A DNA stretch of 64,000 bases from Methanotrichaceae archaeon (GTDB lineage: Archaea > Halobacteriota > Methanosarcinia > Methanotrichales > Methanotrichaceae). The notes beneath the pieces are model-generated. The model was given only the letters and a program-made list of their open reading frames with translations. It did not search any database and was not told the DNA's origin. The DNA is taken from contig CAVVKN010000010.1 in NCBI GenBank assembly GCA_963748825.1, positions 96,001 through 160,000 on the forward strand, read 5' to 3'. Of this stretch, positions 10,013 through 19,533 are shown one piece after another. Both the position numbers and the translations under genes were made by a program. Positions within the stretch are counted from its first letter, which is position 1. The number at the start of each line of letters is the position of its first letter.

Positions 10013-10482
10013 GGTAGTCTCCCCATTATGCGTTGTTCTTTTAAGGAACAATTACATCATCATAATCTCGCCAATTGTCCAAATATGATCAGTTATCCCT
10101 GCTGCCATAGCAGGGGATCTTGGCTCCCAACGTCGCTCATCATTATTGACCTCCACTCTTAATGATTTAACTGGTCTCGTCAAGTTATATACGAGTCCTC
10201 CAAGGCACAAGAAGCTTAGAGAATGATAATGTCTTTTCGAACCATTCTTCCATTCATTTGCCGCGAAGTTAGATTCGTCCTTTCGACGAATGCGGTGTTG
10301 ATGCCCATAAAATCTGGCACATCTCTAGGATCGCCGTAGACCACTTTGTGAGTGACACCAATCAACCTGCTGCCAGAACGATGCTTGGTCACTTAAAGGC
10401 ATTTCCATCCAGGTTGCGGTTGTTTGTGAGTAGGAGGTCTTCCTCGACCGAAGGCATATAAACTTAGTTAAGGTACACTACC
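10013..10482 (-). mobile_element. Internally deleted, frameshifted IS1-family element
   Basis: Minus-strand fragments GRGRPP, INTAFVERTNLTSRQ, YNLTRPVKSLR, SPAMAAGITDHIWT; ends GGTAGT (10013) and ACTACC (10477-10482) are inverted. Confidence 0.75.
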
Positions 10483-10747
10483 AAATTTCAAGAATTGATT
10501 TAAGGGAATGTTGATGGTATAAAACGGCCCAGGGTGAGGGGATGGCTAAGGGTAGCAAAAAGGCCCTGGAGCCGTTTCATTGTTTCGGTTTTGTTCTTAC
10601 ATAATATTAATAATAACAATGTAATCATCGTAGTATTTAACTCTTTCGATATTCAAATTCAGTTATTCTCTCGATTATTGCCCAGATCCGGGCAATTGGG
10701 CAGATGCAAGTGATTAAATACACCCTAGATTTACCTCAAACCAATCC

Positions 10748-12670
10748 ATGCATAATTCGAGCAAGACATTCTCTCCCGGCAAGAGCGAGCTATTCTGGTG
10801 CGAAAACTGCAGCATTCCCCTTCTCGCGGAAAAATGCTCCACCTGCAATAGCTTTGGCCGCAAAATAGAGCTCGCGCCGCCGGGCGACATCCGCCTCTCT
10901 TCTCGAGCGGCCAGAAAGCTACTCACTGATATTTTCATTCAAAATTACGGCTATGCAGATTTCCTGGAAGGCAGGATAATCTTGCTCAATAAGATTGCCG
11001 GATTAGACCGCCGCGATCAGGTGATCCTGGAAAGTCGCCACATCGCGACGCTCTGGTTTGATGTCACTGCTGGCTGCCACAAACTGGATTTGGAGACTTC
11101 AGGCGCAGCCCTTCTTTCCAGTAGCGCAAAAAAAAGCCTTGTTGTATGTGACGACTCAATACTAAAAGGCCACATAAAGGGCAAGTGGCTACAAGATGAG
11201 AAGATCATGAGCGGGCCTTCTGCCCTGGATGAAGGCCAAAACGTCGTCTTGAAGATAGGAAAATTTTCCGGCGTGGGCGTGGCCAGGAAAAGGGCAGACG
11301 GCTCTCAATCCATCCGCATCAAGGATGTGACGAAGAATGATTTTGCCCTGAGCGAAAAGAGGCCCTCCCTGCAAGATGTCATCACCGCTAATGCGGAGAC
11401 TCTAAAATATCTGGAGAAAGTAGCAATAAGTGAGATCAAGAACTATCTGTCCAAAAATCGGCTTCCCGTAAACGTTTCCTTCAGTGGGGGAAAAGACAGC
11501 CTGGCCTGCCTTTGCATTGCCCAAAAGGTACTCTCCCGGCCAGAGGTTCTCTTTATCAACACCGGTCTGGAATTTCCCGAGACTGTGGAATATGTGCGGG
11601 AGCTGTGCGACGCCCACAAGCTGCGGCTGCAAGAGATCAAAGGAGAGAGCGGCTTTTTTGAGAAGGTGAAGAGCTTCGGCCCCCCGGCCAAAGATTTTCG
11701 CTGGTGCTGCAAGACGAACAAGCTGGGACCCATGACGGCCTTTCTTAAAGAGCACTACCCCAAAGGCTGCGTGACCATTGAGGGGCGGCGCATCTACGAA
11801 TCCTTCAACCGTTCTACCATCAAGGCCGTGGAGAGGAATCCCTATGTTCCCAGCCAAACCACGCTCGCACCCATTAGAAGCTGGCGGGCGCTGGAGGTCA
11901 TGCTCTACATCTACTGGAATAAGATGCAGCCAAATCCGCTCTATGAGGAGGACTTCGAGCGCATAGGCTGCTGGCTGTGCCCCGCTGCGCTGCAATCTGA
12001 GTTTGCGAGCCTTAAAGGATCACATCCCCAGCTTTATGACCGGTGGACGACCTCATTACGAGAATGGGCGGAAGAAAACAAGCTGGATAAGAGATACATC
12101 GATTGGGGCTTTTGGCGCTGGAAGAGGCATCCACCTAAGATGCTCGAGATAGCAAAAGAGCACAATATAATGCTTCAAGTCAGTGCTGCCGGGAAAGATG
12201 AAATCACTCTGCAGGCGGAGCGTGGCAGATCGCCCTGCGGCCTGGAGTACTCCATCGAAGCGACCCTATGTGTCCCTCAGAATCATCCCTTTTCCTCGGT
12301 GGCTGCAGCTCTCAATATCTTGGGCGAGGTGAAATATGCAGAAGATCTGGGGGCAGCGGTGATAAAGACAGAAAAAGGACGTGTCACCGCCTTTGCCAAC
12401 GGAAACATCATGATAATTGCCGGCAAAGAGCAGGCCGAAGAGCTGCTGCGAGATGTCTGCGAAATGGTCCTGCGCGTGCAGATGTGCACAAGATGCAAGA
12501 TATGCGAGAAGAATTGCAATCGAGGAGCGATTACAGTGGCAGAGACCATAACAATTGATGAGAAAAAGTGCAATCACTGCAAAAAGTGTGCCAAAGGCTG
12601 CATTGCCGCCGACCAGGCCGCGAAGATCTATGCCAGGCTCTCTGCAGCTGAGACGATCCCCCGGAGATGA
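10748..12670 (+). CDS. Phosphoadenosine phosphosulfate reductase-family protein with N-terminal Zn ribbon and C-terminal ferredoxin domain
   Basis: SFSGGKDS PP-loop, RWCCKTNK, ERIGCWLCP, two C-terminal CxxCxxCxxxC motifs. Confidence 0.88.
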   Translation: MHNSSKTFSPGKSELFWCENCSIPLLAEKCSTCNSFGRKIELAPPGDIRLSSRAARKLLTDIFIQNYGYADFLEGRIILLNKIAGLDRRDQVILESRHIATLWFDVTAGCHKLDLETSGAALLSSSAKKSLVVCDDSILKGHIKGKWLQDEKIMSGPSALDEGQNVVLKIGKFSGVGVARKRADGSQSIRIKDVTKNDFALSEKRPSLQDVITANAETLKYLEKVAISEIKNYLSKNRLPVNVSFSGGKDSLACLCIAQKVLSRPEVLFINTGLEFPETVEYVRELCDAHKLRLQEIKGESGFFEKVKSFGPPAKDFRWCCKTNKLGPMTAFLKEHYPKGCVTIEGRRIYESFNRSTIKAVERNPYVPSQTTLAPIRSWRALEVMLYIYWNKMQPNPLYEEDFERIGCWLCPAALQSEFASLKGSHPQLYDRWTTSLREWAEENKLDKRYIDWGFWRWKRHPPKMLEIAKEHNIMLQVSAAGKDEITLQAERGRSPCGLEYSIEATLCVPQNHPFSSVAAALNILGEVKYAEDLGAAVIKTEKGRVTAFANGNIMIIAGKEQAEELLRDVCEMVLRVQMCTRCKICEKNCNRGAITVAETITIDEKKCNHCKKCAKGCIAADQAAKIYARLSAAETIPRR

Positions 12671-12825
12671 CCCGAAGGCGATATTATTTGCTTTAGCCGT
12701 TCATAGAGATAGAGGATAATAGTCGAGTGACCGCGGTGAAAGAATGAACAATCAATGTCTTAGGCAGCGAGTGCAAAAAATTAAGGGATGGAGTGAAACG
12801 CGGGATGTAGGATGTACAAAAAAAT

Positions 12826-13308
12826 TTAAACTATCACCTTCGCGCTCTCTATCTTCACCTCTTTTACCGGCCTGTCATTGGCTCCTTTCTTCACCTTTGC
12901 CATGGCATCCACCACATCCATGCCCTCAATCACTTTTCCGAAGACCGGATGCTTGCTGTCCAGGAAGTTGTTGTTCACCAGATTGATGAAGAACTGGCTT
13001 CCCCCCGTATTGGGCCCGGCGTTGGCCATGCTGATAGTACCGCGATCGTTCTTGTTCTTGCGGTTGAGCTCGTCTTTGATGACATAGCCAGGTCCCCCAC
13101 AGCCCGTGCCTGTAGGGTCTCCGCCCTGAATCATGAAGCCGTCTATGATGCGGTGAAAGATGACTCCGTCATAAAATCCCTTCTCTACCAGCTTTTGGAA
13201 GTTTCCCGATGTGATGGGCGTGTCCTCGTAAAGCTGCAATGTGATGTCGCCCATGCTGGTCTTGAGGAGTACCTTAACTCCGCCTGCGTTTGATGTGCCT
13301 TCTGCCAT
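12826..13308 (-). CDS. Cyclophilin-type peptidyl-prolyl cis-trans isomerase (cytoplasmic)
   Basis: FHRIIDGFMIQGGD, SMANAGPNTGGSQFFI. Confidence 0.95.
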   Translation of the reverse strand: MAEGTSNAGGVKVLLKTSMGDITLQLYEDTPITSGNFQKLVEKGFYDGVIFHRIIDGFMIQGGDPTGTGCGGPGYVIKDELNRKNKNDRGTISMANAGPNTGGSQFFINLVNNNFLDSKHPVFGKVIEGMDVVDAMAKVKKGANDRPVKEVKIESAKVIV

Positions 13309-13446
13309 TTTTTTGTCGTCTCCTTTATTCTCATTTTTCTCGCTAAATCGATCATTGTGGTTGCTTTCTAATGCTTTATAAACTGCTATGCCATATGATT
13401 ATTGCTATTATTGCTGAGAATGGCTTTAAAAAGTTAAGAATAAAAG

Positions 13447-13983
13447 TTAAGAAACAATCTTTGCATCGAGTATCTTTACATCGGTTAGCGGCCGGTCATT
13501 GGCGTCGGTCTGAACCTTAGCTATGGCGTCTACCACATCCATGCCAGCGATCACCTTTCCAAAGGCAGGATGCTTGCTGTCCAGGAAGCTATTGTCTACC
13601 AGGTTGATGAAGAACTGGCTTCCCCCCGTGTTGGGCCCGGCGTTGGCCATGCTGATGGTGCCGCGATCGTTTCGGTTGTGATCGGTGAACTCATCTGCAA
13701 TGTTGTAGCCCGGTCCGCCCATGCCCGTGCCCTCCGGATCTCCGCCCTGAATCATGAAGCCTTCGATGACTCTGTGGAAGATTACTCCGTTGTAGAATCC
13801 CTTTTCCACAAGTCCCTTGAAGTTTCCCGTCGTGATGGGCATGTCGTCGTAGAGCTGGATTATGATGTCGCCCATGCTTGTCTTCAAGAGAACCTCCGTA
13901 GGTCTATCTTCTTTCGTCGGGGCCAAGCAGCCAGCTATTGCCAGCACAAGGATAATAATAGGTAAATAGTATTCAAATCTCAT
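13447..13983 (-). CDS. Cyclophilin-type PPIase, lipoprotein
   Basis: Same cyclophilin motifs; hydrophobic N-terminus ending in lipobox IAGC. Confidence 0.93.
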   Translation of the reverse strand: MRFEYYLPIIILVLAIAGCLAPTKEDRPTEVLLKTSMGDIIIQLYDDMPITTGNFKGLVEKGFYNGVIFHRVIEGFMIQGGDPEGTGMGGPGYNIADEFTDHNRNDRGTISMANAGPNTGGSQFFINLVDNSFLDSKHPAFGKVIAGMDVVDAIAKVQTDANDRPLTDVKILDAKIVS

Positions 13984-14030
13984 CAGCGTGGTTCGTTATA
14001 TCTAGAATAAATTAAGCCTTTCCCAGGATT

Positions 14031-14354
14031 CTGGGCATAAAAAACGTCGAGTTCAAGACAGCAAGCGTCTACAGCCTCTCCTTTGAAGACTGTTCCTTTG
14101 AAACGGTCAACTCATTTTTCATGCTCCACCACCTCGACGAGATCTCGAAAGGTTTGCTGGAAATCCAGCGCATGCTTCAAAAAGATGGTGGATTTGTGGC
14201 AGTGGAACCTATCGGACACCATCACGGCCCGAACTATTCTGGAAGCGACTGGGAACGAATCTTCGCTGAAGCAGGGTTTGGGGCTGAAGCGGAAGAAAGA
14301 GACTGGGCGCTCATAATCAGAGCCCATAAGAGCGATGAAAAAACGAAGGAATAA
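14031..14354 (+). pseudogene. 5'-truncated class I SAM-dependent methyltransferase fragment
   Basis: Open frame LGIKNVEFKTASVYSLSFEDCSFETVNSFFMLHHL...LQKDGGFVAVE (post-motif-I part only); no motif I and no start. Confidence 0.65.
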
Positions 14355-14897
14355 GGCTCCTCGCTGTTTCGAATGGGAAAAACCGGGCAGGTTTGGGCAT
14401 CCAGGGATACGGCCACAATAAATCTGGGATGGTTGGATACCTTGAGATCAAAACTATGGTCTCGGCTATTGCAATCTCAGCCAAGCAGGGCGATTGTGCA
14501 GCATCCGGTCACTGGGGCAGGGAATTGGACTGCAGTGCAGGCTTGGGCCTCGGGATGCCTGCCGGTGGGGTGGGGTGCGAGGTTCGCTTGTGGGGCTGCT
14601 TCTGGCTGTGCTTTGTGGGCGCAATCGTTTCAATTGCAGGCTTTGGACCTAAGCCGTCAACACGGTTCTCCGGCTGGCCCTGGGCTCTAGAGGGCACATG
14701 GCGCCCGAAGGCGGACGTAGGCGATCCTTGCGGCCTCCGCCTGGTTGAGGCCCTGATCTAGGGATGATGAGGGCTTTTGGCGCCTCCTGATTCTCGGATA
14801 GTGCAAGGAGGGCGGGACGGTCAGGATAAAGGCGCAAGAAATGGAATTCACTCTCATAGCACACTGCTGAAGTCCAATTTGAGCATTTGGGACAACC

Positions 14898-17036
14898 ATG
14901 CGTGAATTATTTATTGCTAATCCTAATGGTAATATTATGACAAAATATCCCCCTCCCAGCAAAGATGAATCCGCCTCCATCCCCAAAGCCAATCGTCTCC
15001 TCTCTGAAAAGAGCCCCTATCTCCTCCAGCATGCCTACAATCCAGTGCATTGGTACCCCTGGGGCGAAGAAGCCTTCGAAGCAGCCCGAAAGGAGGATAA
15101 GCCCATCTTTCTCTCCGTGGGCTACTCCACATGCCATTGGTGCCATGTCATGGCCCACGAGTCCTTTGAGGATGAGGCAGTTGCCGCTCTCATGAACCAG
15201 GCCTTCATCTGCATAAAGGTGGACCGGGAGGAGAGGCCGGACATAGACCAGATTTATATGAGCGTGGCCCAGGCCATGACCGGCAGAGGCGGCTGGCCTC
15301 TTACTATTATCATGACGCCAGAGAAAAAGCCCTTTTTCGCCGCCACCTACATCCCCAAGACCGGCCGCTTCGGCCAGGCGGGAATGATGGAGATCATCCC
15401 CAGGATCAAAGAAATCTGGGAGAATAACAGGGAAGAACTTCTCGGCTCAGCCGACAAGATTTTGGATTATCTCAAACAGGCACAAAGCCAGCCCTCAGCC
15501 CAGGCCGCTAATTTGGACGGCGCATTTCTTGAGAGGGGCTACGCAGCTCTGGACTCCATTTACGATCCCCAAAACGGTGGCTTCGGCACGGCCCCCAAGT
15601 TTCCCACACCCCACAACCTCTTCTTCCTTCTGCGCCACTGGCATCGGAGCGGTGACGAGCATGCTCTGCAGATGGTCGAGGCCATTCTGCAGGCCATGCG
15701 CATGGGTGGGATCTATGACCACGTTGGATTCGGATTTCATAGATACTCCACGGATGCACAGTGGCTTGTTCCTCATTTTGAGAAGATGCTCTATGACCAG
15801 GCGCTAATGGCCATAGCCTACACCGAAGGCCACCAGGCCACAGGAAAAGAGGAGTACGCAAGAACGGCACGTGAAATCCTGGAGTATGTGCTGCGCGACA
15901 TGACCTCCCCCCAGGGGGGCTTTTTCTCAGCGGAAGACGCAGACAGCGAGGGAGAGGAAGGCAAATTCTATGCATGGACGGCAGAGGAGCTGAAAGAGAC
16001 ACTGGATAAAGAGGAATTCAAGATCTTCATCCGGCTCTTTGATGTGCATGAAAGCGGAAACTTCGAGAAAGGACGAAACATCCTGCGCCTGAGGTCTTCG
16101 CTTGGCGACGCGGCTTCTGTCCTGAAGATCAGCGAGCAGGATCTCTATGATCGGCTTGAGAAGATAAGAGCGAAGCTCTTTTTTGCCCGGGAAAAAAGAG
16201 TTCATCCTTTAAAGGACGACAAGATTCTCACCGATTGGAATGGATTGATGATCGCGGCCCTGGCGAAAGCCGCGCAGGCCTTGCATGACGCAAAGTATGC
16301 TACGGCAGCAACAAAGGCGGCCGATTTTATCCTGGAAAAGATGCAGACAACCGAAGGTCGGCTGCTGCATCGCTACCGGGGCGAGGCAGCCATTTCTGCC
16401 AATCTGGATGATTATGCCTTCCTGATCTGGGGCCTCCTCGATCTCTACGAGACCGTTTTTGATCTCAAGTACCTGAAGGCGGCTTTGCAGCTAAACCAGG
16501 TCATGATGTTGCATTTCTGGGATAAGGATCAGGGTGGCTTTTTCTTTTCAGCTGATGATGCCGAGGCCCTGCTGCTGCGCAAAAAGGAGTTTTATGATGG
16601 TGCGATTCCCTCAGGAAACTCCATTGCCATGTTAAACCTTCTCCGGCTCATGCACCTGTCCGGACAGTCTGAACTGGAAGATTGGGCCTGGGATCTGGCA
16701 CATAGCTTTGCCGCATCAGGCGAGCAGCCCCTGGGCCATTCCATGCTGCTTTGCTCCCTGGACTATGCACTAGGGCCGGCATCTGAGATCGCTCTGTTGG
16801 GAAGCTTGCAGGATGCAGGCATAATTGCGATGCTGCAAGCCATACGATCTCGTTTTCTGCCGAACAAATCCATAGTACTGGTATGCGGAGAAGAGATTAG
16901 AGAGATTGCACCATTCACAAAAAATTTGGTCCAAGTGGAGGGAAAGACTACAGCCTATGTCTGCACTGATCATGTCTGCAGTCTTCCCACTACAAGTCCG
17001 GAAAAAGTGATGACGCTGCTGGAAAAAACCGGCTAG
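14898..17036 (+). CDS. Thioredoxin-domain protein, YyaL/SPATA20 (DUF255) family
   Basis: [43 protein letters not shown]; start may be 14937. Confidence 0.92.
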   Translation: MRELFIANPNGNIMTKYPPPSKDESASIPKANRLLSEKSPYLLQHAYNPVHWYPWGEEAFEAARKEDKPIFLSVGYSTCHWCHVMAHESFEDEAVAALMNQAFICIKVDREERPDIDQIYMSVAQAMTGRGGWPLTIIMTPEKKPFFAATYIPKTGRFGQAGMMEIIPRIKEIWENNREELLGSADKILDYLKQAQSQPSAQAANLDGAFLERGYAALDSIYDPQNGGFGTAPKFPTPHNLFFLLRHWHRSGDEHALQMVEAILQAMRMGGIYDHVGFGFHRYSTDAQWLVPHFEKMLYDQALMAIAYTEGHQATGKEEYARTAREILEYVLRDMTSPQGGFFSAEDADSEGEEGKFYAWTAEELKETLDKEEFKIFIRLFDVHESGNFEKGRNILRLRSSLGDAASVLKISEQDLYDRLEKIRAKLFFAREKRVHPLKDDKILTDWNGLMIAALAKAAQALHDAKYATAATKAADFILEKMQTTEGRLLHRYRGEAAISANLDDYAFLIWGLLDLYETVFDLKYLKAALQLNQVMMLHFWDKDQGGFFFSADDAEALLLRKKEFYDGAIPSGNSIAMLNLLRLMHLSGQSELEDWAWDLAHSFAASGEQPLGHSMLLCSLDYALGPASEIALLGSLQDAGIIAMLQAIRSRFLPNKSIVLVCGEEIREIAPFTKNLVQVEGKTTAYVCTDHVCSLPTTSPEKVMTLLEKTG

Positions 17037-17355
17037 AACGGCGGGAATAGCCAGCCATGACAACCTTTGAGCTATTCGCGTAGACATCTCCCTTAAGACG
17101 AGAAACTTAACGATTTCTAATGAGACTGCAATAGCAGCAGATGGCGAAAATACCAGGTGGCATCGATGCCAGGTCGACAATGATAAATACTACCAGCTAG
17201 GTAGTAAGCCCTGAGGAGATCCAAATTTCTGAGAATGAAATGGCATCCGATCCGGACAGGCACCGTAGTCTAAACAAATACCGTAGGGTATCCTACGCAG
17301 AAAAAACAACAAAAAGGTCTATTTTATCACACGCAGGTCATGCGGTGATTCTTTA

Positions 17356-18009
17356 ATGAACAAACGAAGAGATCATATCCCTAAGAAAGACATCATGTAC
17401 ACTCTAAAGGAAGATGACTCTCAATATATAGTAAATGAGAGTTACTTCTACAAGACCGAGCCGTACTATACGATTGTCAAGAACGAGAACGAAGGAATCA
17501 AAACCACGCCCAGCAGCAGCGATGTGCTGGATGCGTATATCGTTCCCATCTGTCTGGAGAAGGCGAAGCTAGCAGGTATCCCGGTCTGCGACTGGACAAT
17601 ATCCAACCAGTACGTTTCCCTTCCCGCCATAGTCTATGGCTTGAACTACTTCTCCACGCCCTCCGACCACTTCCTCGTAAGAGACCTGGAAACGGCGAAG
17701 GCGGTTATCAAGCATGTCACCAACCGGGGCAGGTATCCCTTCTGCTATCAGAAGATAAGCGACACCTCATCCGTGGCGAAATGCGTATCCATCTTCGGCA
17801 AGACCATAAACTGCTGTGAAAAGGCGAAGTCGATGGCGGAGATGATCTATGAGGTCTTCAGGCTGCCGTTAGTGGAGATAGTACTGGTCAAGGATGAGTC
17901 GGGCTGCCAGTTATCCTCTCTGGCTCCGGTGAAGTATTCACATTTATCTAAGGATGAAACGGAAATGTTACAGGACCTTCTGGACAAGAGGGTGAGACGC
18001 TTTGAGTAA
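17356..18009 (+). CDS. RimK-like ATP-grasp N-terminal (RLAN) domain protein
   Basis: VNESYFYKTEPYY...TTPSSSDVLD and C-terminal FRLPLVEI pattern; overlaps the ATP-grasp gene. Confidence 0.7.
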   Translation: MNKRRDHIPKKDIMYTLKEDDSQYIVNESYFYKTEPYYTIVKNENEGIKTTPSSSDVLDAYIVPICLEKAKLAGIPVCDWTISNQYVSLPAIVYGLNYFSTPSDHFLVRDLETAKAVIKHVTNRGRYPFCYQKISDTSSVAKCVSIFGKTINCCEKAKSMAEMIYEVFRLPLVEIVLVKDESGCQLSSLAPVKYSHLSKDETEMLQDLLDKRVRRFE

Positions 18010-19021
18010 ACTAGGCATATTTGTCAATCGACGGACGTTAAGCAGCTCTGAACAGCTCACGGCCGTGGTAAAATGCCGGGACGTGGCTGAGAGTATGGGC
18101 CACACGGCCGAGTTCATCTTTCCCGTGGACATGAAAAAAATACCCAGGCTGGATGCGCTCTTCATTCGCGCCAACACAGATCCCATGAACATCACCTATG
18201 TGGCAGCCAGGATGGCGCAAATGTACGGCGTACCGGTGATAGACGATCCCAGCTCCATCCAGATCTGTGCCGACAAAATCAATATGTACATGCACCTCAT
18301 GAAGAAGAATGTCTCCATGCCCAGGACTAAGTTTCTAAAGAAGAAAGAGCTGGATGAGGTTTTAGCCGCACAGCTCTTCGAGGAACTGGGCATGCCCCTG
18401 GTGCTAAAAGAGCCATCCACGTCCTTCTCGGTCAGGGTGGAGAAGGTCTCATCCGTAAGCGAGCTGTTGAAGGTCGCCAGGAGATTCTTCAAGCTCTCCG
18501 ACTGGATTGTGGTGCAGGAGTACATCGAGAGCAGGTTTGACTGGAGAGTCGGTGTCATCAATGGGCAGCTACTCTATGCCTGTCGCTACATCATCCCCTC
18601 TGAGACCTTCAAGATCCAGGCCTCCGTGAATGGTCATATCGTATACTGCGATGTAGAGAGCGTGCCGGCCGATCAGGTTCCGCCTGGGGTTATTGAGCTG
18701 GGATGTGAGGCAGGCAATGCCATTGGCAAAGGAATGTATGGTGTGGACATCAAAGAGAGCAATGGAAAACTCTACGTCATTGAGGTCAATGATAATCCCT
18801 CCCTGGACGGGGGCGAAGATGCCCATTATCCGGACATGTTCCAAAAGATCATCTCCTACCTGATGACAGGAGACGCCTGCAGCTATGCCGATGAGCTTTC
18901 CAATAAAGTATCCCTTCCGCACGACTTTGAAGGTGAGTACGGCCTGGGAGCTGCCACTGGCATGTCCAATCCATCTGCCTTGACAGAAAACGAGGTCTGC
19001 TCCTACAAGATTGATTTCTAG
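18002..19021 (+). CDS. RimK-family ATP-grasp ligase
   Basis: DALFIR, VIDDPSSI..CADK, PLVLKEP, QEYIESRFDWRVGV, YGVDIKE, IEVNDNP. Confidence 0.9.
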   Translation: MSKLGIFVNRRTLSSSEQLTAVVKCRDVAESMGHTAEFIFPVDMKKIPRLDALFIRANTDPMNITYVAARMAQMYGVPVIDDPSSIQICADKINMYMHLMKKNVSMPRTKFLKKKELDEVLAAQLFEELGMPLVLKEPSTSFSVRVEKVSSVSELLKVARRFFKLSDWIVVQEYIESRFDWRVGVINGQLLYACRYIIPSETFKIQASVNGHIVYCDVESVPADQVPPGVIELGCEAGNAIGKGMYGVDIKESNGKLYVIEVNDNPSLDGGEDAHYPDMFQKIISYLMTGDACSYADELSNKVSLPHDFEGEYGLGAATGMSNPSALTENEVCSYKIDF

Positions 19022-19038
19022 AGAGAGATGATATTCCG

Positions 19039-19530
19039 ATGGAAGATTACCTGTGTGAAGCCATAAGCCAGGCCTGCAGCGAATGTCATCTGGATGGTGG
19101 CTGCTGCTTTGAGGCGAGACCTCCCTTAAGCCAGGAGAGAATAGACATACTGCTGAAAAACGGCGTGGCAGAAGATGCCGTGGAGTTTGCCGGATACAAG
19201 AGGCTATGCCTGAAGCAGGATGGCTTTTGCGTGCTCTTTCAAAATGGAAAATGCAGCATTCACTCCATCAAGCCCGAGACCTGCGTCGCCGGACCCTTTA
19301 CCTTTGATATCAAGGATAAAGTCCTGCAGATCTTCCTTAAGAGAGAGAGCATCTGTCCCATGGTCCGATTTCTAAAGGCCAATCGAAAAGCCTACGACGG
19401 ACTTTTCGAGACCTCTGTGGAGAATATTATGCATCTGGTAAACAGCGTTCCCGCCTCAGAGATGGCGGAGATCTTGAAGATCGAGGAGCCGGAGACGGAT
19501 CTTGTGGCGGAGATCCAGCTATCCGACTGA
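19039..19530 (+). CDS. YkgJ-family cysteine-cluster (Fe-S) protein
   Basis: CSECHLDGGCC, CVLF..GKCSIHSIKPETCVAGPF. Confidence 0.85.
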   Translation: MEDYLCEAISQACSECHLDGGCCFEARPPLSQERIDILLKNGVAEDAVEFAGYKRLCLKQDGFCVLFQNGKCSIHSIKPETCVAGPFTFDIKDKVLQIFLKRESICPMVRFLKANRKAYDGLFETSVENIMHLVNSVPASEMAEILKIEEPETDLVAEIQLSD

Positions 19531-19533
19531 ATC

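Noticed and set aside
14760-14830. C/D box sRNA (ATGATGA ... CTGA)
   Set aside because: Only one C and one D-like box; no convincing C'/terminal D arrangement
17119-17240. In-frame TAG codons upstream of the uORF suggesting pyrrolysine readthrough
   Set aside because: No recognisable protein in the extended frame and no pyl genes in the window
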